A stretch of 64,000 nt of DNA from Oscillospiraceae bacterium (GTDB lineage Bacteria; Bacillota; Clostridia; Oscillospirales; Oscillospiraceae): NCBI GenBank assembly GCA_018265835.1, contig JABLYK010000004.1:9015-73014 (forward strand), in the 5' to 3' direction. The translations under genes were made by a program, and so were the position numbers. A model generated the notes under the pieces. The model searched no databases and was not told where the DNA came from. It saw only the letters and a program-made list of their open reading frames with translations. Every line of letters begins with the position of its first letter. Position 1 is the first letter of the stretch. Positions 41,317 through 49,257 of the stretch are shown piece after piece.

Positions 41317-41408
41317 AAAACTTTCTCCATGGAACATTATTTTTTCTATCTCTCATATCCTATACGTTTTTTGCCGAAAAAGTCACGCTTATTAATAGAC
41401 ATTCCCGA

Positions 41409-41437
41409 TTGAAATTTCAAAAATTCCGGGTTATACT
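41409..41437 (+). promoter_or_regulatory. Promoter of the gtrA-like gene
   Basis: TTGAAA, 17 nt, TATACT. Confidence 0.55.
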
Positions 41438-41489
41438 AAAAACATCTCGAATAAACTTGAATGGACTCCTTTTTTAGGATTATACGCCT

Positions 41490-41942
41490 ATGGAAAAACA
41501 AAATCAATATCCATACAACAGCCGATTTAAGAAACTATTTCAGAAATTCGCAAAGCTGATAAAATTTGCACTCTCTTCTGGACTCAGCTTTCTTATTGAT
41601 TTCAGCTTATACGCATTGTTTCTGAAGGTCACCAACGGACTCGCACACAGTCTCATCGTAAGCAATATTTCCGCCCGTATTATCAGCAGCAGTGTAAATT
41701 ATATTGTAAACCGGAACCTTGTTTTTTCTCATAAGGGCAACATGGCAAAGAGCGCACTCGAATACTTCGCCCTTGCAATATTTATACTGTTCGCTAATAC
41801 CATTCTGCTTAGTATTCTTGTGAATCATTTCGGAGTCAAAAAGTTAGTAGCAAAACTATTGGTAGAAGCAACTCTATTCATAATCAGTTGGACTATACAA
41901 CGTTTTGTGATCTTTCGAAATCGCAACAACACCGATGACTGA
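41490..41942 (+). CDS. GtrA-family membrane protein (putative lipid-linked sugar flippase)
   Basis: 150 aa, 4 TM. FALSSGLSFLIDFSLY and NRNLVF motifs typical of GtrA. Confidence 0.85.
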   Translation: MEKQNQYPYNSRFKKLFQKFAKLIKFALSSGLSFLIDFSLYALFLKVTNGLAHSLIVSNISARIISSSVNYIVNRNLVFSHKGNMAKSALEYFALAIFILFANTILLSILVNHFGVKKLVAKLLVEATLFIISWTIQRFVIFRNRNNTDD

Positions 41943-41975
41943 ATTTTTCCCAAATAAGTCCATTCCCCAAAATGT

Positions 41976-41985
41976 TCCGTCCCGT
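41976..41985. repeat. Direct repeat TTCCGTCCCG, right copy
   Basis: Exact match to 38866-38875. Confidence 0.6.
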
Positions 41986-41996
41986 GAAAGCTTTCT

Positions 41997-42032
41997 CACG
42001 CTCCCCAGTTGTGCCAAACTTCTTGATTATCA
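41997..42032 (-). pseudogene. Degenerate relic of a yebC 3' end (encodes DNQEVWHNWGA-stop)
   Basis: Own translation. The genuine yebC C-terminus is DDVQNVWHNWEE-stop at 42108-42146. They share the 13-nt core CCCAGTTGTGCCA. Confidence 0.55.
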
Positions 42033-42035
42033 TAA

Positions 42036-42075
42036 CAAAAATGAGGTAATTAGTATAAAAACTAACTACCTCATT
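42036..42075 (-). terminator. yebC terminator
   Basis: Arms ATGAGGTAATTAGT / ACTAACTACCTCAT (1 mismatch), followed on the minus strand by TTTTGTT. Confidence 0.7.
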
Positions 42076-42107
42076 TAATACTTTTATCAGGGAAAAGCCC
42101 GGGAAGC

Positions 42108-42839
42108 TTACTCTTCCCAGTTGTGCCAGACGTTCTGGACATCGTCGTTGTCCTCGAACATATCCAGCATCTTCTGCAGATTTTTAAGATTGTCCTCGCC
42201 GGTGACCTGCACGGTGTTCTGCGGGACCATTTCCACCTGTGCAGAGAGCAGCTCATAGCCATGCTGCGTCAGGTATTCCGCCACCTCGGTGACAGCGTCC
42301 GGCCCGGTATAGACGGTGAACACATCCTCGTCGGGCACGAAATCGTCCGCGCCGCCTTCCAGCGTATCTTCCATGACTTTGTCCTCGTCCAGCTCCCCGT
42401 CCTCGTTGTTGATGACGATGACGCCCTTTTTGTCGAACGACCAGGACACGCAGCCGGCCGCGCCCATATTCCCGCCGTATTTGTCGAAATAATGGCGCAC
42501 CTCCGATGCGGTACGGTTGCGGTTATCTGTCATGGTTTCCACAATGATTGCAACGCCGCACGGGCCGTAGCCTTCATATGTGATCGACTCAAAATTGTCC
42601 GTATTGCCGGCGCCGAGCGCCTTTTCGATCGTGCGCTTAATGTTATCATTCGGCATGTTGGCGGCCTTCGCCTTCGTGATGACGGCTGCCAGGCGGGAAT
42701 TGTTCGCGGGGTCTCCGCTTCCGCCCTCTTTAACGGCAACGATCATTTCACGAGCGATCTTGGTGAACGCCTGCGCACGCTTGGCGTCCTGCGCGCCCTT
42801 GGTTTTCTGTATATTATGCCACTTGGAATGTCCGGACAT
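42108..42839 (-). CDS. yebC: YebC/PmpR-family transcriptional regulator
   Basis: Start MSGHSKWHNIQ (ATG 42839). Highly conserved family signature. Confidence 0.95.
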   Translation of the reverse strand: MSGHSKWHNIQKTKGAQDAKRAQAFTKIAREMIVAVKEGGSGDPANNSRLAAVITKAKAANMPNDNIKRTIEKALGAGNTDNFESITYEGYGPCGVAIIVETMTDNRNRTASEVRHYFDKYGGNMGAAGCVSWSFDKKGVIVINNEDGELDEDKVMEDTLEGGADDFVPDEDVFTVYTGPDAVTEVAEYLTQHGYELLSAQVEMVPQNTVQVTGEDNLKNLQKMLDMFEDNDDVQNVWHNWEE

Positions 42840-42929
42840 GGTTCCAACTCCTCTTGTCAAAAATGCTCTACATAGTGTAGCACACTCTTTTCCGCGTGGC
42901 AAGAAAAATTCCACAGATTTGCCGGGAAT

Positions 42930-44450
42930 CTATGCTCTGGTCTTGGGAATCAGCAAAAATTGCGGCATTTCACAGTCTTCCGCGCCGTCGCCCAATCCGT
43001 TGACGGCCCGGATGGTCTCGACGCTGGAGCAATAGCGCTTTGCCAGCTCCCAGAGCGAACATGCCGCGTCAGGCCGAACAACGGTCAGCGACGGGAGACT
43101 GTCGAACGCAGTCGGATCTTCACCGCAGGTAATCTCCGAGACCTGCCGCAGTTTTTGCTCCTGCACCGCAAACGCCTCGATCGTCACCGGTACGCGCACG
43201 GAAACGGCGCCCACCGTCATGGCAACATACGGCTCCTCCAGCCGCGCCGCGGCGATTTCGACCCGGCCATCTGTGACAATCGGCTGCGAAAAGCGAATTT
43301 CCTTATGGACTGCTGAAATTGTCCCGTCCGCCGATGTGAGCAGCACTGTAACCGAAAGACTCCCGGAAACGGCGCCGTCCTCCACCGCAGCCGACTGCAG
43401 CGCGCACCGGCTGCCGCAGACAGAAAGGCCTTCCCCGGTGACCTCAACGGCGTCCTCCGCCACCGCGCGAACCGGCTCCATCAGCGAAACCTGAATGACC
43501 GGCTGCTCCTGCATGGCGAGCTGGAGCTGCACCGCATTGCTGTAAGCGTCAGAGACGCAGGTCGCCTCTACTTCCGCCAGACACACCGTCTGCGCCACAA
43601 GATGGTACTCCGCCTGCAGCCCGCCGTGTGCGCCGAGCGATCCGGAAACCTCCTGATACGCCGCCGTGAGCTGCACACGTGTGCGCACATGGCTCAGCTC
43701 ACCGTCCGCGCCGGACTCAATCATCTGCGAGAACGGCGTTTCAAACACTTCCGTCACCGGTATGGCCCGCTCCGCCTGCCGGTAGAGCGCCGTGGTGACG
43801 ACCTTCCCTTGCAGGATCACCTTGCTGCCGACGATCTTTTGCTCGTCAAGCTGCACCGTCTCCGTGTGGCTCAGAAGCTGATCGTTTTCCGGGCGCGCGA
43901 GGCGGAAGGGGTGTTCCTCGGAAATGGTGAACGTCTTCTCCTCCACCGCAACCGGCGCATGAAACCGGTGCGAGACACAGTTGGTAAAGATCTTCTGCTC
44001 CCCGCACGCCACGCCGCCAGCCAGCTCCATCGTTCCGGCACGGTAAGCGCGCAGATGCACGCTCAGCCGCGCCCGCGTGCGCACCTTGCGGGAGTTGACG
44101 ATCTGTGATTCCAGATCCGACACCGTGCACACGGCAAACGGGCGCACATCGGGAGAGAGCGTTTCCGCGCTGACGCTCATTTTCACGGGCAGCTCCACCG
44201 GGAAGCTGCAGATTGCGCCGGTCTGCTCCTCCGTGTAGCACACGCTGGCATTGATGCACCCTTCAATGTCCGCGTTCTTTTCCGAAAAGTCCAGCTTCCA
44301 GAGAGAAAAGGAGCCCTCTGTCATCAGCAGGGCGCCGACGTCCGCCAGCGCATCCGGAACCACGAAATCGGCGCTGCAGGTTTCCTCCGCAGTCCGATCC
44401 AACACCTTTTCATACACCATCTGTTTCTGCTTTTCCAGTTGCAATTCCAT
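42930..44450 (-). CDS. SPOCS (DUF3794) plus C-terminal LysM protein, SpoVID-like coat morphogenetic candidate
   Basis: Repeated DUF3794-like beta modules. C-terminal LysM (SLWELAKRYCSSVETIRAVNGL). AAGGAG lies 8 nt before ATG 44450. Confidence 0.7.
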   Translation of the reverse strand: MELQLEKQKQMVYEKVLDRTAEETCSADFVVPDALADVGALLMTEGSFSLWKLDFSEKNADIEGCINASVCYTEEQTGAICSFPVELPVKMSVSAETLSPDVRPFAVCTVSDLESQIVNSRKVRTRARLSVHLRAYRAGTMELAGGVACGEQKIFTNCVSHRFHAPVAVEEKTFTISEEHPFRLARPENDQLLSHTETVQLDEQKIVGSKVILQGKVVTTALYRQAERAIPVTEVFETPFSQMIESGADGELSHVRTRVQLTAAYQEVSGSLGAHGGLQAEYHLVAQTVCLAEVEATCVSDAYSNAVQLQLAMQEQPVIQVSLMEPVRAVAEDAVEVTGEGLSVCGSRCALQSAAVEDGAVSGSLSVTVLLTSADGTISAVHKEIRFSQPIVTDGRVEIAAARLEEPYVAMTVGAVSVRVPVTIEAFAVQEQKLRQVSEITCGEDPTAFDSLPSLTVVRPDAACSLWELAKRYCSSVETIRAVNGLGDGAEDCEMPQFLLIPKTRA

Positions 44451-44501
44451 ACCAGACGCTCCTTGTCATTTTTGTACATCCTTATGCCGGACGTGCCGCG
44501 C

Positions 44502-44573
44502 TTATTCGCGCACGAACAGCTTTCGGAAGCACTTGGAGAGGAACGCGGGCATTTTCCATACTACGATTCTCAT
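44502..44573 (-). CDS. spoVM: Stage V sporulation protein M (23 aa)
   Basis: Own translation gives MRIVVWKMPAFLSKCFRKLFVRE. AAGGAG lies 7 nt upstream. It matches the SpoVM pattern M[KR]..[IV].K.P.FL followed by a basic amphipathic tail. Below the ORF-track cutoff. Confidence 0.8.
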   Translation of the reverse strand: MRIVVWKMPAFLSKCFRKLFVRE

Positions 44574-44588
44574 TTTGTCACTCCTTCT

Positions 44589-44744
44589 TTAACATCGGAC
44601 GAACCAGACCCCGGCGGCAATGAGCACAACGCCCAGAATGAACCACCAGAACCCGGCCGGTAAAATCATACTCAGAATAATGAGGATGCCGACAACGATG
44701 CAAAAGATGCCGAGCAGACACCGAATCCGCCGCCGTTTATACAT
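44589..44744 (-). CDS. Small two-TM membrane protein, start uncertain
   Basis: MYKRRRIRCLLGIFCIVVGILIILSMILPAGFWWFILGVVLIAAGVWFVRC. Good codon style but a weak SD. The ATG follows the rsgA terminator U-tract directly. Alternative in-frame ATG at 44804. Confidence 0.5.
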   Translation of the reverse strand: MYKRRRIRCLLGIFCIVVGILIILSMILPAGFWWFILGVVLIAAGVWFVRC

Positions 44745-44797
44745 ACAAAAACCGCCCTTCGCATCCAGATACTCCTTACATCTTATGCGAAGGGCGG
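44745..44797 (-). terminator. rsgA terminator with 20-nt loop
   Basis: 13-bp arms CCGCCCTTCGCAT / ATGCGAAGGGCGG, followed on the minus strand by TTTTTGT. Confidence 0.65.
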
Positions 44798-44812
44798 CTT
44801 TCATGTTCCGCT

Positions 44813-45700
44813 TCAGGGCTTCTTTTTTTCCCATTCATGGGTATTTTGTGCGATCTCATAGAGCTTTGCGTAGCTCTGGTGGCGTTCCGGCGCAATCTTC
44901 CCCGCCGAGAGCGCCTCCAGCACGGCGCAGCCCGGCTCATGCAAATGCGCGCAGTCGGAAAACCGGCACTGCCCGATGTACGGGCGAAATTCCCGGAACG
45001 CATACTGGAGATTTTCACAGGAGATCGGCTCGATCATATCGACCTCGAACGACGCAAAGCCAGGCGTATCCGCCACATAGGTCTCTTCACCGAGTGCGTA
45101 CAGCTCCACATGACGGGTCGTATGTTTGCCGCGGCCGAGCTTTTCGCTCACAGCGCCGGTCTGAATCTGCAGCTCCGGCATCAGGCGGTTGAGAATGCTG
45201 GACTTGCCCACGCCGGAGTTGCCGGTAAACGCACTGGTCTTGCCGCGGATCGCATCGCGCAGCGCGTCCATGCCGAGGCCGGTCGCGGCGCTCGTTCGGA
45301 TCACACGGCAGCCTGCGGTGTGGTAAATCTCATACAGCCGCTCGGCCGGGTTCAGGTCGCATTTGTTCAGACAAATCACTGCCTCGCATCCGGCATTTTC
45401 CGCGATGGCCGCGACACGGTCGATCAAAAACGGATCGGTCACCGGGTTGACTGCGGCGGCAAACATCACGATCTGATCAACGTTCGCCACAGCGGGACGG
45501 ATGAAATAGTTGCGCCGCTCCAGCACGGCATCGACGCGCCCTTTCCCCTGTGCATCCACCGTCACCTCCACGCGGTCGCCCACCAGTGGACTGAAGCCGT
45601 CGTGCCGGAAGCGGCCTCTGGCCTTGCATTCCACAATGGAATCGCCGACGCTGACGGTATAAAACCCGCTCAGGGATTTGATGATGACGCCTTGTGCCAT
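44813..45700 (-). CDS. rsgA: Ribosome small-subunit-dependent GTPase A
   Basis: Circularly permuted GTPase motifs (NKCDL, GNSGVGKSS). C-terminal Zn cluster (CRFSDCAHLHEPGC). Confidence 0.95.
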   Translation of the reverse strand: MAQGVIIKSLSGFYTVSVGDSIVECKARGRFRHDGFSPLVGDRVEVTVDAQGKGRVDAVLERRNYFIRPAVANVDQIVMFAAAVNPVTDPFLIDRVAAIAENAGCEAVICLNKCDLNPAERLYEIYHTAGCRVIRTSAATGLGMDALRDAIRGKTSAFTGNSGVGKSSILNRLMPELQIQTGAVSEKLGRGKHTTRHVELYALGEETYVADTPGFASFEVDMIEPISCENLQYAFREFRPYIGQCRFSDCAHLHEPGCAVLEALSAGKIAPERHQSYAKLYEIAQNTHEWEKKKP

Positions 45701-45718
45701 AGCTGTCCCGCTCCTGTT

Positions 45719-47422
45719 TTACGGCTCCGCCGTGTCAGCCGGACCGGTGGAGACCCAAATATAAATTTTCGAAAATTCCGCAATGTCAGAATATGCTGTC
45801 GCGCTCTGCTTGAACACCGTTCCGGCGGGGGCGTCATTGGCCTCCTTATATGCGCCGCCGAAGGTGAGACCATTGCTCTCAATGCGTGCGATCGCGGCGG
45901 ATTCCGTGAGATTCGTAAGATCCGGCATCGTCACGGTATGCAGCTCCGGACCGCCGCTGACGGCAAGATACACCGTGGAACCGGCGGCCAGACTCTCGCC
46001 CGGCGCGGGATCAACGCTGATGACGTAGTCCTTCGTCACGCTGGTAGAGGCCTGAATCTCCGTCTGGACAAAGAACCCCGCCTCCCGCAGCTCCTGCGTC
46101 GCTTCCCGGTAGTCCCAGTTAATCACATAGGGAACCTCCGTCATGACCACACCGGTGCTGACCGTGAGCTGCACGTCGATGCCCTCAGAGACGACCATCA
46201 TGCTCTTGCCCGCCTCCGGATCCTGGCGGATGACGACGCCCTCCTGCACTTTCGGGTCTACCGTATACACAACCGTGAAGTGGAACTTGTCATATTCCTT
46301 GCTGTTGACGATATCCTCATAGGGCTTGCCCATAAAGTCCGGAACGTCAACCCGCTCCGCCACGCTGAACAGATCCTGCAGCATATACTCCCACAGGAAC
46401 ACACACAGCCCAATCACGACCACGCTGACCGCAAACAGCCCCGTAAAGAAGCTGACGCGCTTTGCGCGCTTTCGGCGGCGGGCATACTGCTCGTCCGTCA
46501 GCTCCTTCGAGACGCCAAAGAACGGTTCCCGTTCCTGATGGCGCGCGCGGCGCTCGGCACGCTCAGCATCAATGCGGCGCTGATTCTGCGCTTTCTTGAA
46601 CGCGTCCAGATCGGACAGCATCTCGGCAGCCGACTGATAGCGCCTGGAAAGGTCGGCGTTCATCGCCTTGATCGTGATGCGCTCCAGCTCCTCCGGAATG
46701 GAGTCGTTGCTTTCGCGCGGCGGGGGCGCAGTGCCGGAAATGTGCTTCAGCGCGATTTCCTCCGGCGTGTCCGCGTCATACGGCAGGCGGCCGGTGAGCA
46801 TCTCGTACATCACAACGCCCAGCGAATAGAGGTCGCTGCGGGCGTCGGCGTCCAGCCCCTTGGCCTGCTCCGGAGCGATGTAGTGCACCGAGCCGATGGC
46901 CGTCCCCGTCCTGGCCTCTTTGATGTTCTCCAGCGCGGCGATGCCGAAGTCGGCGACCTTGACCACGCCGTCCTTGTCGATCATGATGTTCTGCGGCTTG
47001 ATATCGCGGTGGACGATGCCGTGCTCATGCGCGTGCTGCAGCGCCTTGCAGATTTGCGTTGCGAAAAACAGCGTCTCCTGCCAGCCCAGAGGCCCCTTCT
47101 CGGCCATATACTGCTTGAGCGTGACGCCTTCCAGCAGCTCCATGACAATATACTCCAGATCGTCGGAGTGGCTGACGTCGTACACCGCAACGATATTCGG
47201 GTGCGACAGCATGGCAACAGCCTGCGCCTCCGTCTGAAACCGGCTCTTGAGCTCCTCATCCTGCGCCATGTTCTCCCGCAGAATTTTGATGGCGACATAG
47301 CGGTTCAGCCGGTGACACAGCGCTTTATAGACAACGGACATGCCGCCGCTGCCGATAACTTCGAGAATCTCGTAGCGGTTGTCGAGCATTTGCCCAATGT
47401 ATTTGTTCTTTGATTGATCCAT
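45719..47422 (-). CDS. prkC: PASTA-domain Ser/Thr protein kinase
   Basis: Hanks kinase domain (HRDIKPQN, DFGIA), a TM segment and three PASTA repeats. ATG 47422 lies 6 nt from GGGAGG. Confidence 0.95.
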   Translation of the reverse strand: MDQSKNKYIGQMLDNRYEILEVIGSGGMSVVYKALCHRLNRYVAIKILRENMAQDEELKSRFQTEAQAVAMLSHPNIVAVYDVSHSDDLEYIVMELLEGVTLKQYMAEKGPLGWQETLFFATQICKALQHAHEHGIVHRDIKPQNIMIDKDGVVKVADFGIAALENIKEARTGTAIGSVHYIAPEQAKGLDADARSDLYSLGVVMYEMLTGRLPYDADTPEEIALKHISGTAPPPRESNDSIPEELERITIKAMNADLSRRYQSAAEMLSDLDAFKKAQNQRRIDAERAERRARHQEREPFFGVSKELTDEQYARRRKRAKRVSFFTGLFAVSVVVIGLCVFLWEYMLQDLFSVAERVDVPDFMGKPYEDIVNSKEYDKFHFTVVYTVDPKVQEGVVIRQDPEAGKSMMVVSEGIDVQLTVSTGVVMTEVPYVINWDYREATQELREAGFFVQTEIQASTSVTKDYVISVDPAPGESLAAGSTVYLAVSGGPELHTVTMPDLTNLTESAAIARIESNGLTFGGAYKEANDAPAGTVFKQSATAYSDIAEFSKIYIWVSTGPADTAEP

Positions 47423-47461
47423 ATGCATCCTCCCAAGAGGCCGTATCTCAGCACAGCAGCA

Positions 47462-48202
47462 TTACCAGCGCATCATGAGCGCCGCCGTCACATTGTCGCG
47501 CGCGCCGCCGCAGAGCGCATGCTGAATCAGGCGGCGGCACACCTTTTCCGGACTGCGGGCGGAGCGGCAGAGCCGGTACAGTGTCTCGTCCGTCAGCGCG
47601 TTCGACAGCCCGTCCGAGCAGAGCAGCAGCCGCTCGCCGGGATGGAGCCGGACGGTAAACCCATCCGCACGCACCTGCGCATCCACGCCCAGCGCACGGG
47701 TAATGAAGTTCTTTTTCGGATGGTTTCGCGCCTGCGCGCGAGTAAGCTCGCCGTGGTCGATCATGTCCTCAACCAACGAGTGGTCCTTGGTGATCTGCAC
47801 GATGCCCCGCCGCGTGATCCGATACGCGCGGCTGTCGCCGACGTTGAGGATCTGCGCCACACCGCCGCGAACCGCCGCAGCCACGATCGTCGTGCCCATA
47901 CCCGCGCACTCCGTATTCGAGCACGAGTATTGATACACCACGCGGTTGGCTTCCGCGCAGGCGTTTTGGAGCAGTGCCGCGAGATCGGGCCGGCGTTCCG
48001 TGCTGCGCAGCAGGCTTTTGCGAAAGTCCGCCATAAAGGCCGACACCGCCAGCTCGCTCGCCAGTCTGCCTCCGTGAATGCCGCCCATGCCGTCGCACAC
48101 CACGGCGGCCAGACAGCCTTTGGAGCGGATCTCCGTCACCAGAACGCAGTCCTGATTTTCCTTCCGGACGTTTCCTTTGTCCGTCAGCGCATAGCTTTTC
48201 AT
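47462..48202 (-). CDS. PP2C-family Ser/Thr phosphatase (Stp/PrpC)
   Basis: Start MKSYALTDKGNVRKENQD. DGMGG motif. Confidence 0.9.
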   Translation of the reverse strand: MKSYALTDKGNVRKENQDCVLVTEIRSKGCLAAVVCDGMGGIHGGRLASELAVSAFMADFRKSLLRSTERRPDLAALLQNACAEANRVVYQYSCSNTECAGMGTTIVAAAVRGGVAQILNVGDSRAYRITRRGIVQITKDHSLVEDMIDHGELTRAQARNHPKKNFITRALGVDAQVRADGFTVRLHPGERLLLCSDGLSNALTDETLYRLCRSARSPEKVCRRLIQHALCGGARDNVTAALMMRW

Positions 48203-48225
48203 GCTTTTCCTCAACTCCCCCGGCG

Positions 48226-49257
48226 TTACGCCCGGTTTTCAGCCACTTTCTTCCGGAGCTGGCCGCACGAAGCGTCCACGTCGCTGCCGAGCCGGCGGCG
48301 CACCGTTACGTTCACACCCGCCTCCTCCAGAATGCGGATAAACGCTTTCATATGCTCCGGCGTGGACGGGGCAAACTGCCGCTCCTCCACGTGATTGAGC
48401 GGGATCAGATTGACATGCGCACACACGCGCCGGGCATGCTGCGCAAGCAGTTTTGCGTGGTACGGCGTATCGTTCACGCCGTCGATCATCGCGTATTCAA
48501 ACGAGATGCGCCGCCCGGTCTTTTCGTAATACCGGCTGCACGCGGAAATGAGCTGCTCCACGCCGCGCCCGCGGTTGGCGGGCATGATCCTGGAGCGCGT
48601 CTCATCGTCCGGCGCGTGCAGCGAGACCGACAGGGTCAGCTGCAGATTCAAGTCTGCCAGCTCGTCAAACCGCTCGGTCAAACCGCAGGTGGAGAGCGAA
48701 ATATGCCGCATACCGATATTCTCACCATCCGGGTGGTTGACCAAACGCAGAAAGCGGATCACGTTGTCGAAATTGTCCAGCGGCTCGCCGATGCCCATGA
48801 GCACGATGTTTGAAATCTTCAGTCCAGATTCCCGCTCGGAATACAGCACCTCGTCGAGCATTTCCGAGCTTTCCAGCCCGCGGATGAGGCCGCCGATGGT
48901 CGAAGCGCAGAACGCGCAGCCCTGCCGGCAGCCGACCTGCGAGGAGATGCAGATGGTGTTACCGTGGCGGTACTGCATCACAACGGTCTCCACTGCGTTG
49001 CCGTCCGGCAGCTCCCAGAGATATTTGATCGTGCCGTCGATAGCGGAAACCTGTTTGCGGAGCATTTTGAGCTTTGTGATGAAAAATTCCCGCTTCAGCG
49101 TTTCGCGCAGCTTTTTGGATACGTCCGTCATCTCGTCGAACGACTCCACGCCGCGCGCGAGCCACTGAAAGATCTGCTTAGCCCGATACTTCGGCTCCCC
49201 CAGCTCCGTCAGTGCGGCAGCAATCTCGTTGGGGAGCATCGCTTTGATGTCTCTCAT
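48226..49257 (-). CDS. rlmN: 23S rRNA/tRNA (adenine2503-C2)-methyltransferase, radical SAM
   Basis: CxxxCxxC motif (CRQGCAFC). RlmN-like throughout. Confidence 0.95.
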   Translation of the reverse strand: MRDIKAMLPNEIAAALTELGEPKYRAKQIFQWLARGVESFDEMTDVSKKLRETLKREFFITKLKMLRKQVSAIDGTIKYLWELPDGNAVETVVMQYRHGNTICISSQVGCRQGCAFCASTIGGLIRGLESSEMLDEVLYSERESGLKISNIVLMGIGEPLDNFDNVIRFLRLVNHPDGENIGMRHISLSTCGLTERFDELADLNLQLTLSVSLHAPDDETRSRIMPANRGRGVEQLISACSRYYEKTGRRISFEYAMIDGVNDTPYHAKLLAQHARRVCAHVNLIPLNHVEERQFAPSTPEHMKAFIRILEEAGVNVTVRRRLGSDVDASCGQLRKKVAENRA

